Shown: positions 36,192-47,902 of the stretch, piece by piece | How positions within the stretch are numbered: position 1 is the stretch's first letter | How the letters are laid out: each line of letters starts with the position of its first letter | Assembly: GCA_963710605.1 (NCBI GenBank) | Contig: CAVQBA010000006.1 | Span: 512,001-576,000, forward strand | DNA: 64,000 bases | Origin: an uncultured cyanobacterium | GTDB taxonomy: Bacteria; Cyanobacteriota; Cyanobacteriia; Cyanobacteriales; Cyanobacteriaceae | Direction of reading: 5' to 3' | Program-made: the position numbers and the translations under genes | Notes under the pieces: model-generated | Databases searched by the model: none | What the model was told of the DNA's origin: nothing | Seen by the model: the letters and a program-made list of their open reading frames with translations, nothing else

Positions 36192-38999
36192 CTATTCAAT
36201 CAACTTTCTAATTTTGACTAACTGAAAATTATTAACTAATTGTGTTAGTTGACTGGCTAAACCATCGTATTGTGTCGGAATTTGTTTAATTAATTCTAAA
36301 ATTAAATCATCATCTAAATCAATCGATGCTTGATAAAGTTGATTTAACCAAGACTTAGACATAATTTGCAAATCTTCTTTCGTAATAATTTGATTTGAGA
36401 CTAGATTATTTTGGGGCAATTTTTCTTGATATATATACTTTACTCCTAAATGCCTGCCCATGGCATCAAAAATCACAGATTCTTGAAAAGGTTTACGAAT
36501 AAAATCATCACATCCTGCTGAAAGTATGACTGCTTTTTCTTCTTCTAAAACACTAGCAGTTAGAGCAATAATGGCGGTGGCATTACCTTTAGTTGTACTT
36601 TTAATATATTGAGTTGCCTCATAACCATCCATTACAGGCATACGCATATCCATCCAGATTAAATGAGGTTTCCATTCCTGCCAAATATTAATTGCTTCTA
36701 CTCCATTTTCTGCTTCTTGAAGTTCAAAACCTAACGGTTTTAAGATTTTAACTAATAACAATCGATTGACACGACAATCGTCAACTATCAAAATACGATA
36801 GATAGGTTGTCCAGATTGTAAACCAATTACCCGACGAGATTTTGGCGACTCAGGTATGTTAATTTCTAATGATTCAACTATTGTAGCCGTAACATCAAAA
36901 GAAAAAGTTGAACCTTCTTCTAATTGACTTTCTACATTAATATCACCTCCCATCAACTGAACAAATTTACGACTAATTGCTAAACCTAAACCTGTCCCTT
37001 CACGGCTATTCCTACCTACTTCTGTTTGGGTAAATGCTTCAAATATTTTAGATATTTCTGATGGGGCAATTCCTACTCCTGTATCTTCGATTTTAAACAA
37101 CACTTTGATTTGATTTACCGATAAATTGTCATCGTTTTGTGAATTTTGATTCATCACTGTAACTGTGACACTAACTCCTCCTTGTTGGGTAAATTTAAGC
37201 CCATTGTTAATTAAATTAATCAATACTTGACGGATTTTGGTTTCGTCAGTATTAATATAACGAGGAACATCACTTGCTATGTAAAAATTAAGTTGTAATT
37301 GTTGAGTTTCGGCTTTAAGTCGGAGTAAGTTTTCTACTTCTTCAATCAGACTATAAAGATCAAAATCTTTGGCATTTCTGCTTATTTTTCCTGCTTCTAT
37401 TTTCGATAAATCGAGAATATTATTGATCAAATTAAGTAGATAATTACCACTACGATTAATGATACTCACGTTCTCTAAATGTTCTGCGGGTAAAATATTC
37501 GATCGCATCATAATTTGCGAGAAGCCTAAAATCGCATTCATCGGTGTACGTAATTCATGACTCATATTTGCTAAAAAAATACTTTTAGTTTTATTTGCTA
37601 CTTCTGCTTTTTCTTTAGCGACGGCTAATTCTTTGTTACCTTGCTCAAGTTGTGAGCTAGATTTTTCTAATGAGTCGATAACTTGATTATAATGACTAGC
37701 AATATAGCCAACTTCAGTAAATGGTTCAACTGGTACTCTTAAACTAAGATCTTGACTCGTCGCTTGTTGATTCATTGTCGTCAGTAAATCATACAAATCT
37801 GTTTTTGCCCCGTGCTCAGATATATTTAAACCGATTCTTTCGTCTTCTGCACAGACTCGAAAAGGGAGAAAACGATTAATGATTGATAAAATTAACCAAC
37901 TCACTCCAAAACCCCAAGCAACACTCACACCAATCCCTAATAACTGGACTAAGAATTGCTCAAACGAACTTAAACCAGTTGCTAGTTTTTCTGTAGGTAC
38001 GAATAAAGCTACGGCTAAAACACCCCACATTCCCGCTCCACCATGAACTGCGATCGCATCAACGGCATCATCAATATGCTTACGCTCTAAAAAATCTTTA
38101 CACCAAAGCATGATATAAGCACCAATCGAACCGATAACCACTGCTTGAGGTGTAGAAACTAAATGACAACAAGCGGTAATAGAAACTAAGCCTGCGATCG
38201 TACCATTAATTAATAATTCTACTTCAGGCAACTTATATCTGTGCCAACCAAAAGCACAACCACTAATCATTCCTGCTACACCAGACATAAGAGTATTTAC
38301 TAAAATTTTAGCAACTTGAGTCTCAAAAGAAAATGCACTACCACCATTAAAGCCAAACCAACCTATCCACAACAACATCACCCCTAATACCGATAATGAT
38401 AGATTAGAACCGTTCATTTTACGAGTATATCCTGTCACCGAAAAACGTCCTTGACGAGGTCCTATTATTAGTAATAATGCTAAAGCAATCCAAGCACCGA
38501 TCGAATGAACTACACTACACCCAGCAAAATCAATAAATCCTAATTTACCTAACCAACCACTAAAGGTGTAATCATCATTAAAACCTAACCCATTCCATAC
38601 CCAATGACCAAAAAAAGGATATATCAAACCCGAAGTGATGATCGAAATTATCACATAAGCACTAAACTTCAATCTTTCAGCTACCGCCCCTGAAACAATG
38701 GTGGTAGTAGTGCTACAAAACATCACCTGAAATAAGAAAAAAGCACCTAATTCAAAATCATCACCTATATCTAAAATAAAACCACTAAAACCAAACCATC
38801 CTTGCCAACTTAAACCAAACATGATTGCATAACCGAATGCCCAAAATAACATTACCGATATGCCAAAATCAGCTAAATTTTTAATAGCTACATTAATATT
38901 GTTTTTCGATCGAGTTAAACCAGATTCTAAACACATAAAACCCGGTTGCATCAGAAAAACTAATCCTGCACAGATTAATACCCACTGTAAATCATTCAT
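36192..38999 (-). CDS. Ammonium transporter domain fused to hybrid histidine kinase and receiver
   Basis: SGAVAER, DFAGCSVVH, WFGFNGGS, DDAVDAIAVH; MSHELRTPMN, GTGLGL; WMDMRMP. Confidence 0.93.
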   Translation of the reverse strand: MNDLQWVLICAGLVFLMQPGFMCLESGLTRSKNNINVAIKNLADFGISVMLFWAFGYAIMFGLSWQGWFGFSGFILDIGDDFELGAFFLFQVMFCSTTTTIVSGAVAERLKFSAYVIISIITSGLIYPFFGHWVWNGLGFNDDYTFSGWLGKLGFIDFAGCSVVHSIGAWIALALLLIIGPRQGRFSVTGYTRKMNGSNLSLSVLGVMLLWIGWFGFNGGSAFSFETQVAKILVNTLMSGVAGMISGCAFGWHRYKLPEVELLINGTIAGLVSITACCHLVSTPQAVVIGSIGAYIMLWCKDFLERKHIDDAVDAIAVHGGAGMWGVLAVALFVPTEKLATGLSSFEQFLVQLLGIGVSVAWGFGVSWLILSIINRFLPFRVCAEDERIGLNISEHGAKTDLYDLLTTMNQQATSQDLSLRVPVEPFTEVGYIASHYNQVIDSLEKSSSQLEQGNKELAVAKEKAEVANKTKSIFLANMSHELRTPMNAILGFSQIMMRSNILPAEHLENVSIINRSGNYLLNLINNILDLSKIEAGKISRNAKDFDLYSLIEEVENLLRLKAETQQLQLNFYIASDVPRYINTDETKIRQVLINLINNGLKFTQQGGVSVTVTVMNQNSQNDDNLSVNQIKVLFKIEDTGVGIAPSEISKIFEAFTQTEVGRNSREGTGLGLAISRKFVQLMGGDINVESQLEEGSTFSFDVTATIVESLEINIPESPKSRRVIGLQSGQPIYRILIVDDCRVNRLLLVKILKPLGFELQEAENGVEAINIWQEWKPHLIWMDMRMPVMDGYEATQYIKSTTKGNATAIIALTASVLEEEKAVILSAGCDDFIRKPFQESVIFDAMGRHLGVKYIYQEKLPQNNLVSNQIITKEDLQIMSKSWLNQLYQASIDLDDDLILELIKQIPTQYDGLASQLTQLVNNFQLVKIRKLIE

Positions 39000-39336
39000 G
39001 AGAAATAATTACTAAATGATCTCTTAAAATTTGTTGGTCAATCACGTTTATCAAAAATTAAAGGGCAAGGGGCAAAGGGCAAAGGGCAAAGGTAATTTTT
39101 TCACCGATACCTTTGTACGAGTGTCCATTATACGAGTGTCCTTCAATTGACGGTTCTAATTTGCCAAGAGATTTAATCTTTATAATAGCTAAAAAATAAA
39201 TAAGTCAAACCTTTTATTGATCACAAAAACAAAACAACTGAAAAGGAAAATCAAAAGTCTAATACTTTAAATTTAGGTAATTCTCAATTCTCAATATATA
39301 CTCTTAGTTATTAGTGAATTTATTTATATTGACAAG

Positions 39337-40716
39337 GTGAGCAAAAAACAAACTTGGAGCGATCGTTTTGAAACATCATTAAACCCAATTATTGCTGAAT
39401 TTAACGCCAGTATTGGTTTTGATATTGAATTAATTGAATATGATTTGACTGGTTCGACTGCCCACGCCAAAATGTTAGGGCATACAGGTATTATTACCAA
39501 AGAAGAAGCTGATACTTTAATTGAGGGTTTGGAAAAAATTCGTCAAGAATATCGCTCAGGTAATTTTAACCCCGGAATTGACCAAGAAGATGTCCATTTT
39601 GCAGTGGAAAGACGCTTAACCGAACTGGTTGGCGATGTCGGTAAAAAGCTCCATACAGCTCGTTCTCGCAATGATCAAGTAGGTACAGATATTCGCCTCT
39701 ATTTAAGAGATCAAATTCAACAAATTCAAGTCTTGTTAAAAGATTGGCAACAGGCTTTACTTACTCATGCCGAAAATCATGTCGAGACTTTAATTCCTGG
39801 TTATACACATCTACAACGGGCACAACCGATTAGTTTAGCCCATCACCTGATGGCTTATTGTCAGATGGCACAACGAGACTGGGAAAGATTAGAGCAAATA
39901 TACGATCGTACTAATATATCTCCTCTTGGTAGTGGTGCATTAGCAGGTACTACTTTTCCTATCGATCGTCATTTTACCGCAAAGGAGCTTGATTTTAGTT
40001 CTGTATATGAGAATAGCTTAGATGGTGTCAGCGATCGAGATTTTGCGATCGAATTTTTATGTGCCTCTAGTTTGATTATGGTACACTTAAGTCGTATCAG
40101 TGAAGAGCTTATTTTATGGGGTTCAAAGGAATTTAGTTTTATTACCTTAAAAGACAACTGCTCTACAGGTTCAAGCATTATGCCTCAGAAAAAAAACCCT
40201 GATATTCCTGAGCTAGTTAGAGGTAAAACAGGACGAGTTTTTGGGCATCTACAAGCTTTGTTAACCATAATGAAAGGTTTGCCCCTTGCCTACAACAAAG
40301 ATTTACAAGAAGATAAAGAAGGTATCTTTGATACGGTTAAAACTATCAAGGGTAGTTTGACGGCGATGACTATTTTATTTAATGAAGGATTAGAATTCAA
40401 GACTCAACGTTTAGAAGAAGCGGTTAATGAAGATTTTTCTAATGCAACAGATGTGGCTGATTATCTAGCAGGTAAAGGTGTACCTTTTAGAGAGGCTTAT
40501 AACTTAGTTGGTAAGGTAGTCAAAACTAGTTTGGCTGACGGTAAATTGCTTAAAGATTTAACATTGTCACAATGGCAAGAATTGCATCCTGCTTTTGAAA
40601 ATGACATTTATGAAGCGATCGCACCGAGACAGGTGGTGTCTGCTCGCAAAAGCTATGGTGGTACAGGATTTGAACCCGTTAGACAAGCGATCGCTAATTT
40701 GAAAAAGAAAATGTAG
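39337..40716 (+). CDS. argH: Argininosuccinate lyase
   Basis: [31 protein letters not shown]. Confidence 0.98.
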   Translation: MSKKQTWSDRFETSLNPIIAEFNASIGFDIELIEYDLTGSTAHAKMLGHTGIITKEEADTLIEGLEKIRQEYRSGNFNPGIDQEDVHFAVERRLTELVGDVGKKLHTARSRNDQVGTDIRLYLRDQIQQIQVLLKDWQQALLTHAENHVETLIPGYTHLQRAQPISLAHHLMAYCQMAQRDWERLEQIYDRTNISPLGSGALAGTTFPIDRHFTAKELDFSSVYENSLDGVSDRDFAIEFLCASSLIMVHLSRISEELILWGSKEFSFITLKDNCSTGSSIMPQKKNPDIPELVRGKTGRVFGHLQALLTIMKGLPLAYNKDLQEDKEGIFDTVKTIKGSLTAMTILFNEGLEFKTQRLEEAVNEDFSNATDVADYLAGKGVPFREAYNLVGKVVKTSLADGKLLKDLTLSQWQELHPAFENDIYEAIAPRQVVSARKSYGGTGFEPVRQAIANLKKKM

Positions 40717-40860
40717 TTTTAGCAATTGACAATTGATAATTGACAGTTGACAATTACTTTTTAATTATTATGTGGGGTGGGTAATGCCCACCATTTATTT
40801 TTGATTGTTAAAATGAATATATTTATTGGCTTTTAAAACACTTATTAATTAATCAAAATC

Positions 40861-42420
40861 ATGAATAAAAAATACTATTCTTGGTTTTATATTTTTGTCG
40901 GTATTGTTATTTGCTTGGGAATTTTTTTTCGAGTAGTAAATATTGATAAAAAAGTATATTGGCATGATGAGGTACATACTTCGATTCGAGTAGCGGGTTA
41001 TTCATCCGAAGAAGTTGCACCAGAGCTTTTTACTGGTAAAATTATCACAGTCAAACAATTATTAAAATATCAAAAAGTATCTTCAAATAAAAGTTTTAAT
41101 GATGCCATAAATGCTTTTGTTGAACATCCAGAGCATCCACCTTTATATTATATTTCACAACGATTTTGGCAACAATTATTTGGTAATTCGATCGTTTCTT
41201 ATCGTAGTCTGTCCGCTTTATTTGGTATTTTAATTTTGCCTGCTATTTATTGGTTTAGTTGGGAGTTATTCGGTTCGATTCAAATATCATTAATAGCTAC
41301 AACTTTGATAGCTGTTTCTCCATTACAGATACTTTATGCTCAAGAAGCAAGACAATATAGTTTATGGATATTACTAACTATTATCAATAGTTTATTTTTT
41401 ATTAAAGCTCTGAAAACTAAAAAAGTATTACCTTGGAGTTTTTATTTAGTAACTTCTATTTTTAGTTTTTATACTTCTTTATTATCAACTTTACTTTTAA
41501 TAGTTCAAGTAGTTTATTTAATTTTCAATCAAGATATTAAAAAATATAATAATTGGTTTAAGTTTATTATTTGTGCTTTAATTACAATAGTTTGTTTTAT
41601 TCCTTGGATACAAGTAATTATAATTAATTACGATAAAATGAAAGGGGCTACAGATTGGTTAAAACAAGATAAATCACTATTAGAATTAAACAATGGTTGG
41701 GGTGTTAATTTTGGTCGTCTTTTTGCCGATTTTAGTTTTGCTCAATACAATCGTTGGAGTGATTTAATTGTTATTTTTGCTTATATATTAATTATATTTA
41801 GTAGCTTTTATTTACTAAAAAATACGTCTAAAAATATATGGCTTTACTTAGTTTTACTGTTCGTAATTCCTTTTTTGACTTTAGCTATTCCTGATATTAT
41901 ATCTGGTAGTGTTCGATCGACTGTTACTAGATATTTAGTTGCTTATTACATCAGTATTCCTTTAATTATTAGTTACTGGTTGGCTAGTAATATTACCAAA
42001 AGTAAAAATCCTCGATCGTGGTTATTGATTTATATTTTTATTATCACTGTTGGTATTATGTCTAATCTTGATATTATGCAACAAGTAACTTGGTGGAATA
42101 AATCTCTAGGTTATCAAACTAATTATATTACTCACCAGATTAATCAATTAGACAAACCATTAATCATGATCGAGCAAAGAGGTATTAGTATTGGTATTAT
42201 TACATCGATCGCTCATACTCTCACGCCAACGACAAGTTTGTTACTTATAAATGGTGATACACAGTTAGAAACAGAAAAAAACTTTAATCATCTTTTCGTC
42301 ATTAATCCTTCATCAGAATTGATAACTAAGGTAGAAGATACTTATCAGAAAAAACTCAACAATAATTATAAGCAAGAATCTTTTGATAATCCTGCTGTCT
42401 ATTACCTTGAAATTAATTAA
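40861..42420 (+). CDS. GT39/PMT-like membrane glycosyltransferase
   Basis: YWHDE, EHPPLYY, YAQEARQY; many TM helices. Confidence 0.88.
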   Translation: MNKKYYSWFYIFVGIVICLGIFFRVVNIDKKVYWHDEVHTSIRVAGYSSEEVAPELFTGKIITVKQLLKYQKVSSNKSFNDAINAFVEHPEHPPLYYISQRFWQQLFGNSIVSYRSLSALFGILILPAIYWFSWELFGSIQISLIATTLIAVSPLQILYAQEARQYSLWILLTIINSLFFIKALKTKKVLPWSFYLVTSIFSFYTSLLSTLLLIVQVVYLIFNQDIKKYNNWFKFIICALITIVCFIPWIQVIIINYDKMKGATDWLKQDKSLLELNNGWGVNFGRLFADFSFAQYNRWSDLIVIFAYILIIFSSFYLLKNTSKNIWLYLVLLFVIPFLTLAIPDIISGSVRSTVTRYLVAYYISIPLIISYWLASNITKSKNPRSWLLIYIFIITVGIMSNLDIMQQVTWWNKSLGYQTNYITHQINQLDKPLIMIEQRGISIGIITSIAHTLTPTTSLLLINGDTQLETEKNFNHLFVINPSSELITKVEDTYQKKLNNNYKQESFDNPAVYYLEIN

Positions 42421-42436
42421 TGTTTTGCCTATCAAT

Positions 42437-42702
42437 AAAATAAAGTCTAACTAGCTTGATTATTGCCTCTGAATCGTCACGAACACTATGGTATTACTAG
42501 ATGATTACGCATCTTGAGGGTCATAAATACGATCGATTTTTTACTTGTGAAGAAGTTGCGGTTAAAGAAGGCAACCAATCACAACTTACTCTTAATAACT
42601 GCCACCAAGAAAATAAAGTCTAACTAGCTTGATTATTACCTCTAAATCGTCACGAACACTATGGTATTACTAGATGATTACGCATCTTGAGGGTCATAAA
42701 TA
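42437..42702. repeat. Two 93-bp direct repeats (42437-42529, 42610-42702)
   Basis: Two mismatches between copies; 80-bp spacer. Confidence 0.9.
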
Positions 42703-42809
42703 TCATAATCAAAATTAAGTAAAAAAATCCGACTATGAGAGATTAATTATTCAATTACAAAGTCAAAAATAATTTTAATTTTATCGGCTTGATTATTGAT
42801 ACATATAAT

Positions 42810-43661
42810 CTACTTATTGTCAACTTTCTTTAATTTAGCTTTAGCATTCTGCCATAATGATTCTAATTCATCGATCGAATATTCGTTTAAGGGGCGAGAG
42901 GCGAATTTCTCCATGACAGATATTCGTTGAGTAAATCTTTGATTTGTACCTTGTAAAGCAATATCGGGGTTGATGTCATACCATCTAGCAATATTAATGA
43001 CGGTAAAAAGTAAATCACCTAATTCTTCGGTGGCGTGTTGTTTATCTCCTTCTTCTATAGCTTCGGTTAACTCAGCTAATTCTTCTCTAAATTTTTCCCA
43101 GACTCCTTCTACTGTCTCCCATTCAAATCCAGCTTTCGCCGCTTGTTTAGATATTTTAAGACTAGCTGTTAAAGCAGGAAAGGTACGCTGATAATTTTTG
43201 AGTTTATCACTTAATCAATCGGGTATATTAGCTTCTGCTTTTTCGGCTTGTTTAATTTTTTCCCAATTTTGATTAATTTCTTTTTCGTCTTTTACTTCTA
43301 CATCACCAAACACATGAGGATGACGGCGAATCAATTTATCAGTAATACTTTGGGCAACATCTTCTAAATTAAAATCACCATTATCTTGAGCAACTTGGGC
43401 TTGCAAAACCACTTGTAATAACAAGTCACCTAATTCTTCGGCGATATGAGTTTGATTTTGGGAATTAAGGGCATCAACAACTTCGTAAGCTTCTTCTAAG
43501 ACGTAGGGAATTAAAGATTCTTGAGTTTGTTTCAAATCCCATGGGCAACCATTTTCAGGATTTCTTAGTTGGGTGACTACTTCAATTAAATTAGTTAAGG
43601 CGATTGATATTTTTTGCTGATTTGGATTCATTGAGATACGATCGTTCATAATACAATTCAA
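42810..43661 (-). CDS. mazG: NTP pyrophosphohydrolase MazG; in-frame TGA at 43215-43217
   Basis: GCPWD, EEAYEV, EELGDLL, RRHPHVF; second domain (GFEW, EELGDLLF) in the same frame to TAG at 42810. Confidence 0.92.
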
Positions 43662-43902
43662 GGCTAACCATATTCACGAATAATGAGCGTCAGGAGTGGA
43701 CATTTTATGTGCGTCTAACGCATCTGAGCGGGCTTCCATCGCAACAAGTAATACCTCTTTGCTTAAGAAAAGGATTCAAGCTCAAAAATAGGTGAGTGTT
43801 TCTTTTCGCCTCAATGGCGAGGCTTTAACTTATTACTTATTATTTAAGTAAGCCCGAAGGGGTTTGGTAATAATTCATCTTCATACTTAACTATTGAGAT
43901 GT

Positions 43903-44110
43903 TCAATTATTGATTTCATCATTAATTACTTGAGCCATTAATTTAGGATAAATAATTAAAAAATAAACCCACCAAGCTGTAATAGCTATTGTAGCTAAAA
44001 TCGTGATAATAAGGTTATGTAATACTAGCCAGCTAAAGGTTATAATTGTTAAACCTGTGAGTATAATTGACCAAGGTTGACACCACCAAGGTTTATATTT
44101 CCAAACCATA
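43903..44110 (-). CDS. Small cyanobacterial membrane protein
   Basis: WKYKPWWCQPWSIILTG motif. Confidence 0.8.
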
Positions 44111-44221
44111 AAAAATATTATTTTGCGATTAAATGTTATTACCAAATAATAGCAAAAAAAATAACTAATATATTTAAATCAACATAATTATTAACATAAA
44201 TAAAGAATAATTCTAGTTAAA

Positions 44222-44689
44222 ATGAAAATTGAAAAAGCAACTTTTGGCGGTGGCTGTTTTTGGGGAATAGAAGAAAGTTTCCGCACTGTTAAAGGAGTGA
44301 CCAAAACTTCTGTTGGTTATATGGGAGGTCATTTTGCTAACCCAAGTTATCTTGATGTATTATCAAGGATTACAGGACACGCAGAAGTTGCTCAAATAGA
44401 ATATGATTCTACCACGATCGAATACGACGAGTTGTTAGATATATTTTGGTCAATTCATGATCCAACTCAACTTAATCGTCAAGGTGCAGATAGAGGAGAA
44501 CAATATCGATCGATTATTTTTCATCATACTCCAGAACAAGCAAAACAAGCAGGGTTATCTAAATCAAGATTAACACTATCGCAGAAGTTTTCTCAATCGA
44601 TCGTTACTTTAATCGAACCTGCATCCGAATATTATTTAGCCTCGGATGAGCATCAACAATATTTATTTAAAGCTAAGGTAAAAAAATAA
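44222..44689 (+). CDS. msrA: Peptide methionine sulfoxide reductase A
   Basis: GGCFWG, TGHAE, HDPT, QYRS, HQQY. Confidence 0.95.
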   Translation: MKIEKATFGGGCFWGIEESFRTVKGVTKTSVGYMGGHFANPSYLDVLSRITGHAEVAQIEYDSTTIEYDELLDIFWSIHDPTQLNRQGADRGEQYRSIIFHHTPEQAKQAGLSKSRLTLSQKFSQSIVTLIEPASEYYLASDEHQQYLFKAKVKK

Positions 44690-44881
44690 TCACTCAATAC
44701 AGAAATAAAAACCATTCTGTCTCTCTTTTTAGCAACCCTAGACACCAACAAGTCAATCCTTCTGCGTAATTTCTGTATCTTTGCGGTTAAAAAAACCCCT
44801 TTTCTTTAAGCCAAAATGAAATGAGCTTGAGAAAGATTAGCTTACAATAAAAGAAAACAAATAAATTGAGAGTGAAAAGTA

Positions 44882-45043
44882 ATGATTGTCTCCACAACAG
44901 ATACGATCGAGAATCAAACAATCACAGAATACGTTGAAATTGTGACAGCGGAAGTCGTTTATGGCACAAATGCTCTCAAAGACTTTTTTGCGGGAATTAA
45001 AGATGTATTTGGTGGACGTACAGGAGGATACGGCAATAATTGA
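44882..45043 (+). pseudogene. YbjQ/UPF0145 family N-terminal half, truncated
   Basis: Manual translation MIVSTTDTIENQTITEYVEIVTAEVVYGTNALKDFFAGIKDVFGGRTGGYGNN*. Confidence 0.8.
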
Positions 45044-45106
45044 GAATTGAGAATTGAGAATTGAGAATTGAGAATTGAGAATTGAGAATTGAGAATTGAG
45101 AATTGA
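45038..45106. repeat. (AATTGAG)n heptamer array, ~10 units
   Basis: Seen directly. Confidence 0.95.
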
Positions 45107-45156
45107 AAGAGTGCCAAAATTACTGTTCCTTTTTTCTGTAAAATTGCCTTAACAAA

Positions 45157-45648
45157 ATGGTGAATCATATCGATCAAAACTACCGCATCAGAAGGTGGCA
45201 ACCAGCAGATAGAGAAACTGCCGCCCAAATTATTAAGCAAGTTTTAGCTGAGTACAATTTACCTTGGCAACCAACCACCGCTGATATAGATGTCTTAGAA
45301 GTAGAAAAATATTATCTTCAAGTTGGTGGTGAATTTTGGGTAGTTGAAGATACTATATCCCGAAAAATAGTCGCCACAGCCGCTTATTATCCCATCAGTA
45401 GAGGAATTAATGCCGTTGAAATTCGTAAAATGTATATTCTTCCTACTCATCGAGGCAAAGGTTTAGGTAAATACTTATTAACTCAATTAGAACAAACAAT
45501 TATCGATCGAGGTTATCAGCAAATTTGGATTGAAACTGCGAGTATTTTAACCCAAGCCGTTGCCTTATACGAAAAATATGATTATCAACCAACCGAAGGT
45601 GTAGAAACCGATCGTTGCGATCGAATTTATTATAAAAATCTTTCTTAG
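45157..45648 (+). CDS. GNAT acetyltransferase
   Basis: EIRKMY, RGKGLGK, AVALYEKY. Confidence 0.9.
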   Translation: MVNHIDQNYRIRRWQPADRETAAQIIKQVLAEYNLPWQPTTADIDVLEVEKYYLQVGGEFWVVEDTISRKIVATAAYYPISRGINAVEIRKMYILPTHRGKGLGKYLLTQLEQTIIDRGYQQIWIETASILTQAVALYEKYDYQPTEGVETDRCDRIYYKNLS

Positions 45649-45753
45649 CCATTAAAAACGAAAGTTAGTAGTTATAGCGTTAATTTAAGGTGTTGTAGGG
45701 GTTGAATAATATTCAACCCAAAACCAAAATATTGAGATCTAATATCTAACCAT

Positions 45754-47334
45754 TTAACGTATTCTTGGCGGCTTAGTTGAAGTGTAAATTTTATTATTCA
45801 CTGGTTTTTTTTGTCGTAAAGCTCTTTTTTCATCTAACAAAGCATCAACATCAGCGTCGGATAATTTTTGAATATAATTAACTTTAACTTCTTCTAGTAA
45901 AGCAACTAACATATCTTCAATACGAGTAATCTCATATTCTGTCGCACTACTAAACTGAATAGTTTTGCTAAATTTAACAATAATTTGTTCCAAATGTTCA
46001 TCGAAAACAGGATCTTCTTCAAGTAGATTAGTTACACCATCTGAAAGTGTTTGATAAAGCTGAGTTGCTAAACTTGTACTTATTTTATGAGAAAAACCGT
46101 TTAACCCGGGCAAATTTTTGACATTTTTATAAACATCAGATTCACTGATACTTTTTTCAATCGTATAAACTAATAATTGTTCGACATCATCACGAATACC
46201 GGGTAATACTCTGTAAGCCATTAAGTTGATCAAAACTTTTGTAATTTCGGTAACTTCATTAGTATTATTAAGGTCAATATATTCTCTATCTTCTTTGGCA
46301 GGAGTGAGTAGTTTTTCGATTTGCCCTTCTTTAAAGACTGTTTGTAGTTGGTTGACTACTCTTAATACGACAACTTCGGTAACATCTTCGGCAATTCCGG
46401 CTACAAAACCTTGAGATACTTGTTTTTTAATACCACCAGATTGTAACAGTTTAGCTTCATCTAAACGAATGGTGACGGGAATAATTCTTAGCCAACGCCA
46501 AGTAGGTAAAAGAAAAATTAAATCATACCAACGCCATAAAATAGCATCAAAAAAGTTAACTCCGTTGTAACGATAGCTAATCCCCACACAACGAATCAGA
46601 AAGTCAACAAAAAGAATTAAAAAGAAAGGAAAATCAACTAAGCCGTAGTTGTCAATGTATTCTCCATTTTCGCCTAATGGGCGATAAAAATTAGTATTAA
46701 TTAAAGGACGAATTTCTCGATTAAAAAAAGTTAATTCATTTAAAGCTCTACCCTCCAAATGTGAGGTAGTCCAAAAATTGATAAAAGCTTGTCTTGCAGA
46801 GTCTCTTGGATTATCAAAATGAGGATCCATATGATCTCTTATTTTGTTTTTTATTTTTTCTAAATTACCACTTTTATTAGCTAATTCAAAGGGATTTTGT
46901 TCAATTATATCGACGGTTTCGGCTCTTAATGCTGATAATATTTCTCTAGTTAGATTGTTGTCTAAACCATAAGTGCGGATAGTAAGTATTAATTCATCTA
47001 CATCCTCTAAATATTGCTCTGTTTGCCGATATGGTTCAATTCCTTTAATCACGTCATAATTAGTAATTGTTTCACTCCAAGAATCGGGAAGAACTTTAAG
47101 GCGAATACCTTCGTATTCATAAGGCCCTACCTTAAAACTGGCAACAGTAACTCGACCATTTAACCAAATATCACGTAGCGGTATATAGCTTAAGTCAAAA
47201 GCGATAACACATAAGTTAGCAACAGAAATAAGAGCGATTATACGACTAATCCATAAACGATTGTAATACCAGTTACAACTAGAACCAAAAAGATTGAAAG
47301 TTCGTCTGATTGTCGAGAAGATTGGTCTTTTCAT
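45754..47334 (-). CDS. Conserved cyanobacterial membrane protein, function unknown
   Basis: FDLSYIPLRD, KGIEP, WRWYD, RWLRIIPV. Confidence 0.75.
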   Translation of the reverse strand: MKRPIFSTIRRTFNLFGSSCNWYYNRLWISRIIALISVANLCVIAFDLSYIPLRDIWLNGRVTVASFKVGPYEYEGIRLKVLPDSWSETITNYDVIKGIEPYRQTEQYLEDVDELILTIRTYGLDNNLTREILSALRAETVDIIEQNPFELANKSGNLEKIKNKIRDHMDPHFDNPRDSARQAFINFWTTSHLEGRALNELTFFNREIRPLINTNFYRPLGENGEYIDNYGLVDFPFFLILFVDFLIRCVGISYRYNGVNFFDAILWRWYDLIFLLPTWRWLRIIPVTIRLDEAKLLQSGGIKKQVSQGFVAGIAEDVTEVVVLRVVNQLQTVFKEGQIEKLLTPAKEDREYIDLNNTNEVTEITKVLINLMAYRVLPGIRDDVEQLLVYTIEKSISESDVYKNVKNLPGLNGFSHKISTSLATQLYQTLSDGVTNLLEEDPVFDEHLEQIIVKFSKTIQFSSATEYEITRIEDMLVALLEEVKVNYIQKLSDADVDALLDEKRALRQKKPVNNKIYTSTKPPRIR

Positions 47335-47874
47335 GAGTTGATATCAGTAAAGTATAGTGTATATTGATAAGTTTTCTGATCGATCGTATTTTCTGTTAAA
47401 AGGATAAGTGATTAATGCTTGATTAGTAAATAAGTATGATATTTTTTAAATATTACTATAGTATGCAACTTCAACCCTAATATTCTTGTTATTGGCTTTC
47501 TCTTCTATTTACTCGCTCGAGATTTATAACTAAACTAATATTCATCTGAGTAAAAGATAAGTTTTTTCTATCTACACATCTAGATTTTTTTGGTATAATT
47601 AGCTACAATATATTTTAAGGAAAAGTTAGAAACGATCGCTATTTAGTTGGAACAAATTACAATCTTGAAGTGAGTCACAACACTAACCAGAACTTAACTA
47701 AAAATAGTTATTAAATAACTGCTTAAGATAAAGTGAACTTCAGGTGTAACTACTCTTCATATCTGTTGTGTTCAACCTTGTTACCTAAAAGAAAAAGAAG
47801 ACAAATAAAAGTCTCAATCTCTCACTCTTAATTCGTCAATCATTTTGAATTGCGAACTTAATGTAAAGAAAATA

Positions 47875-47902
47875 GTTGCAATTTGTTATAAATTGTAATG
47901 TA
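47875..47902 (+). promoter_or_regulatory. HLR1-like (RpaB) triple direct repeat
   Basis: GTTGCAAT-TT-GTTATAAA-TT-GTAATGTA with 10-bp periodicity. Confidence 0.45.

Noticed and set aside
39000-39336. NtcA box upstream of the Amt-kinase
   Set aside because: No convincing GTA-N8-TAC found by eye.
42437-42702. Mini-CRISPR
   Set aside because: Only two units, and 93-bp repeats are far too long.
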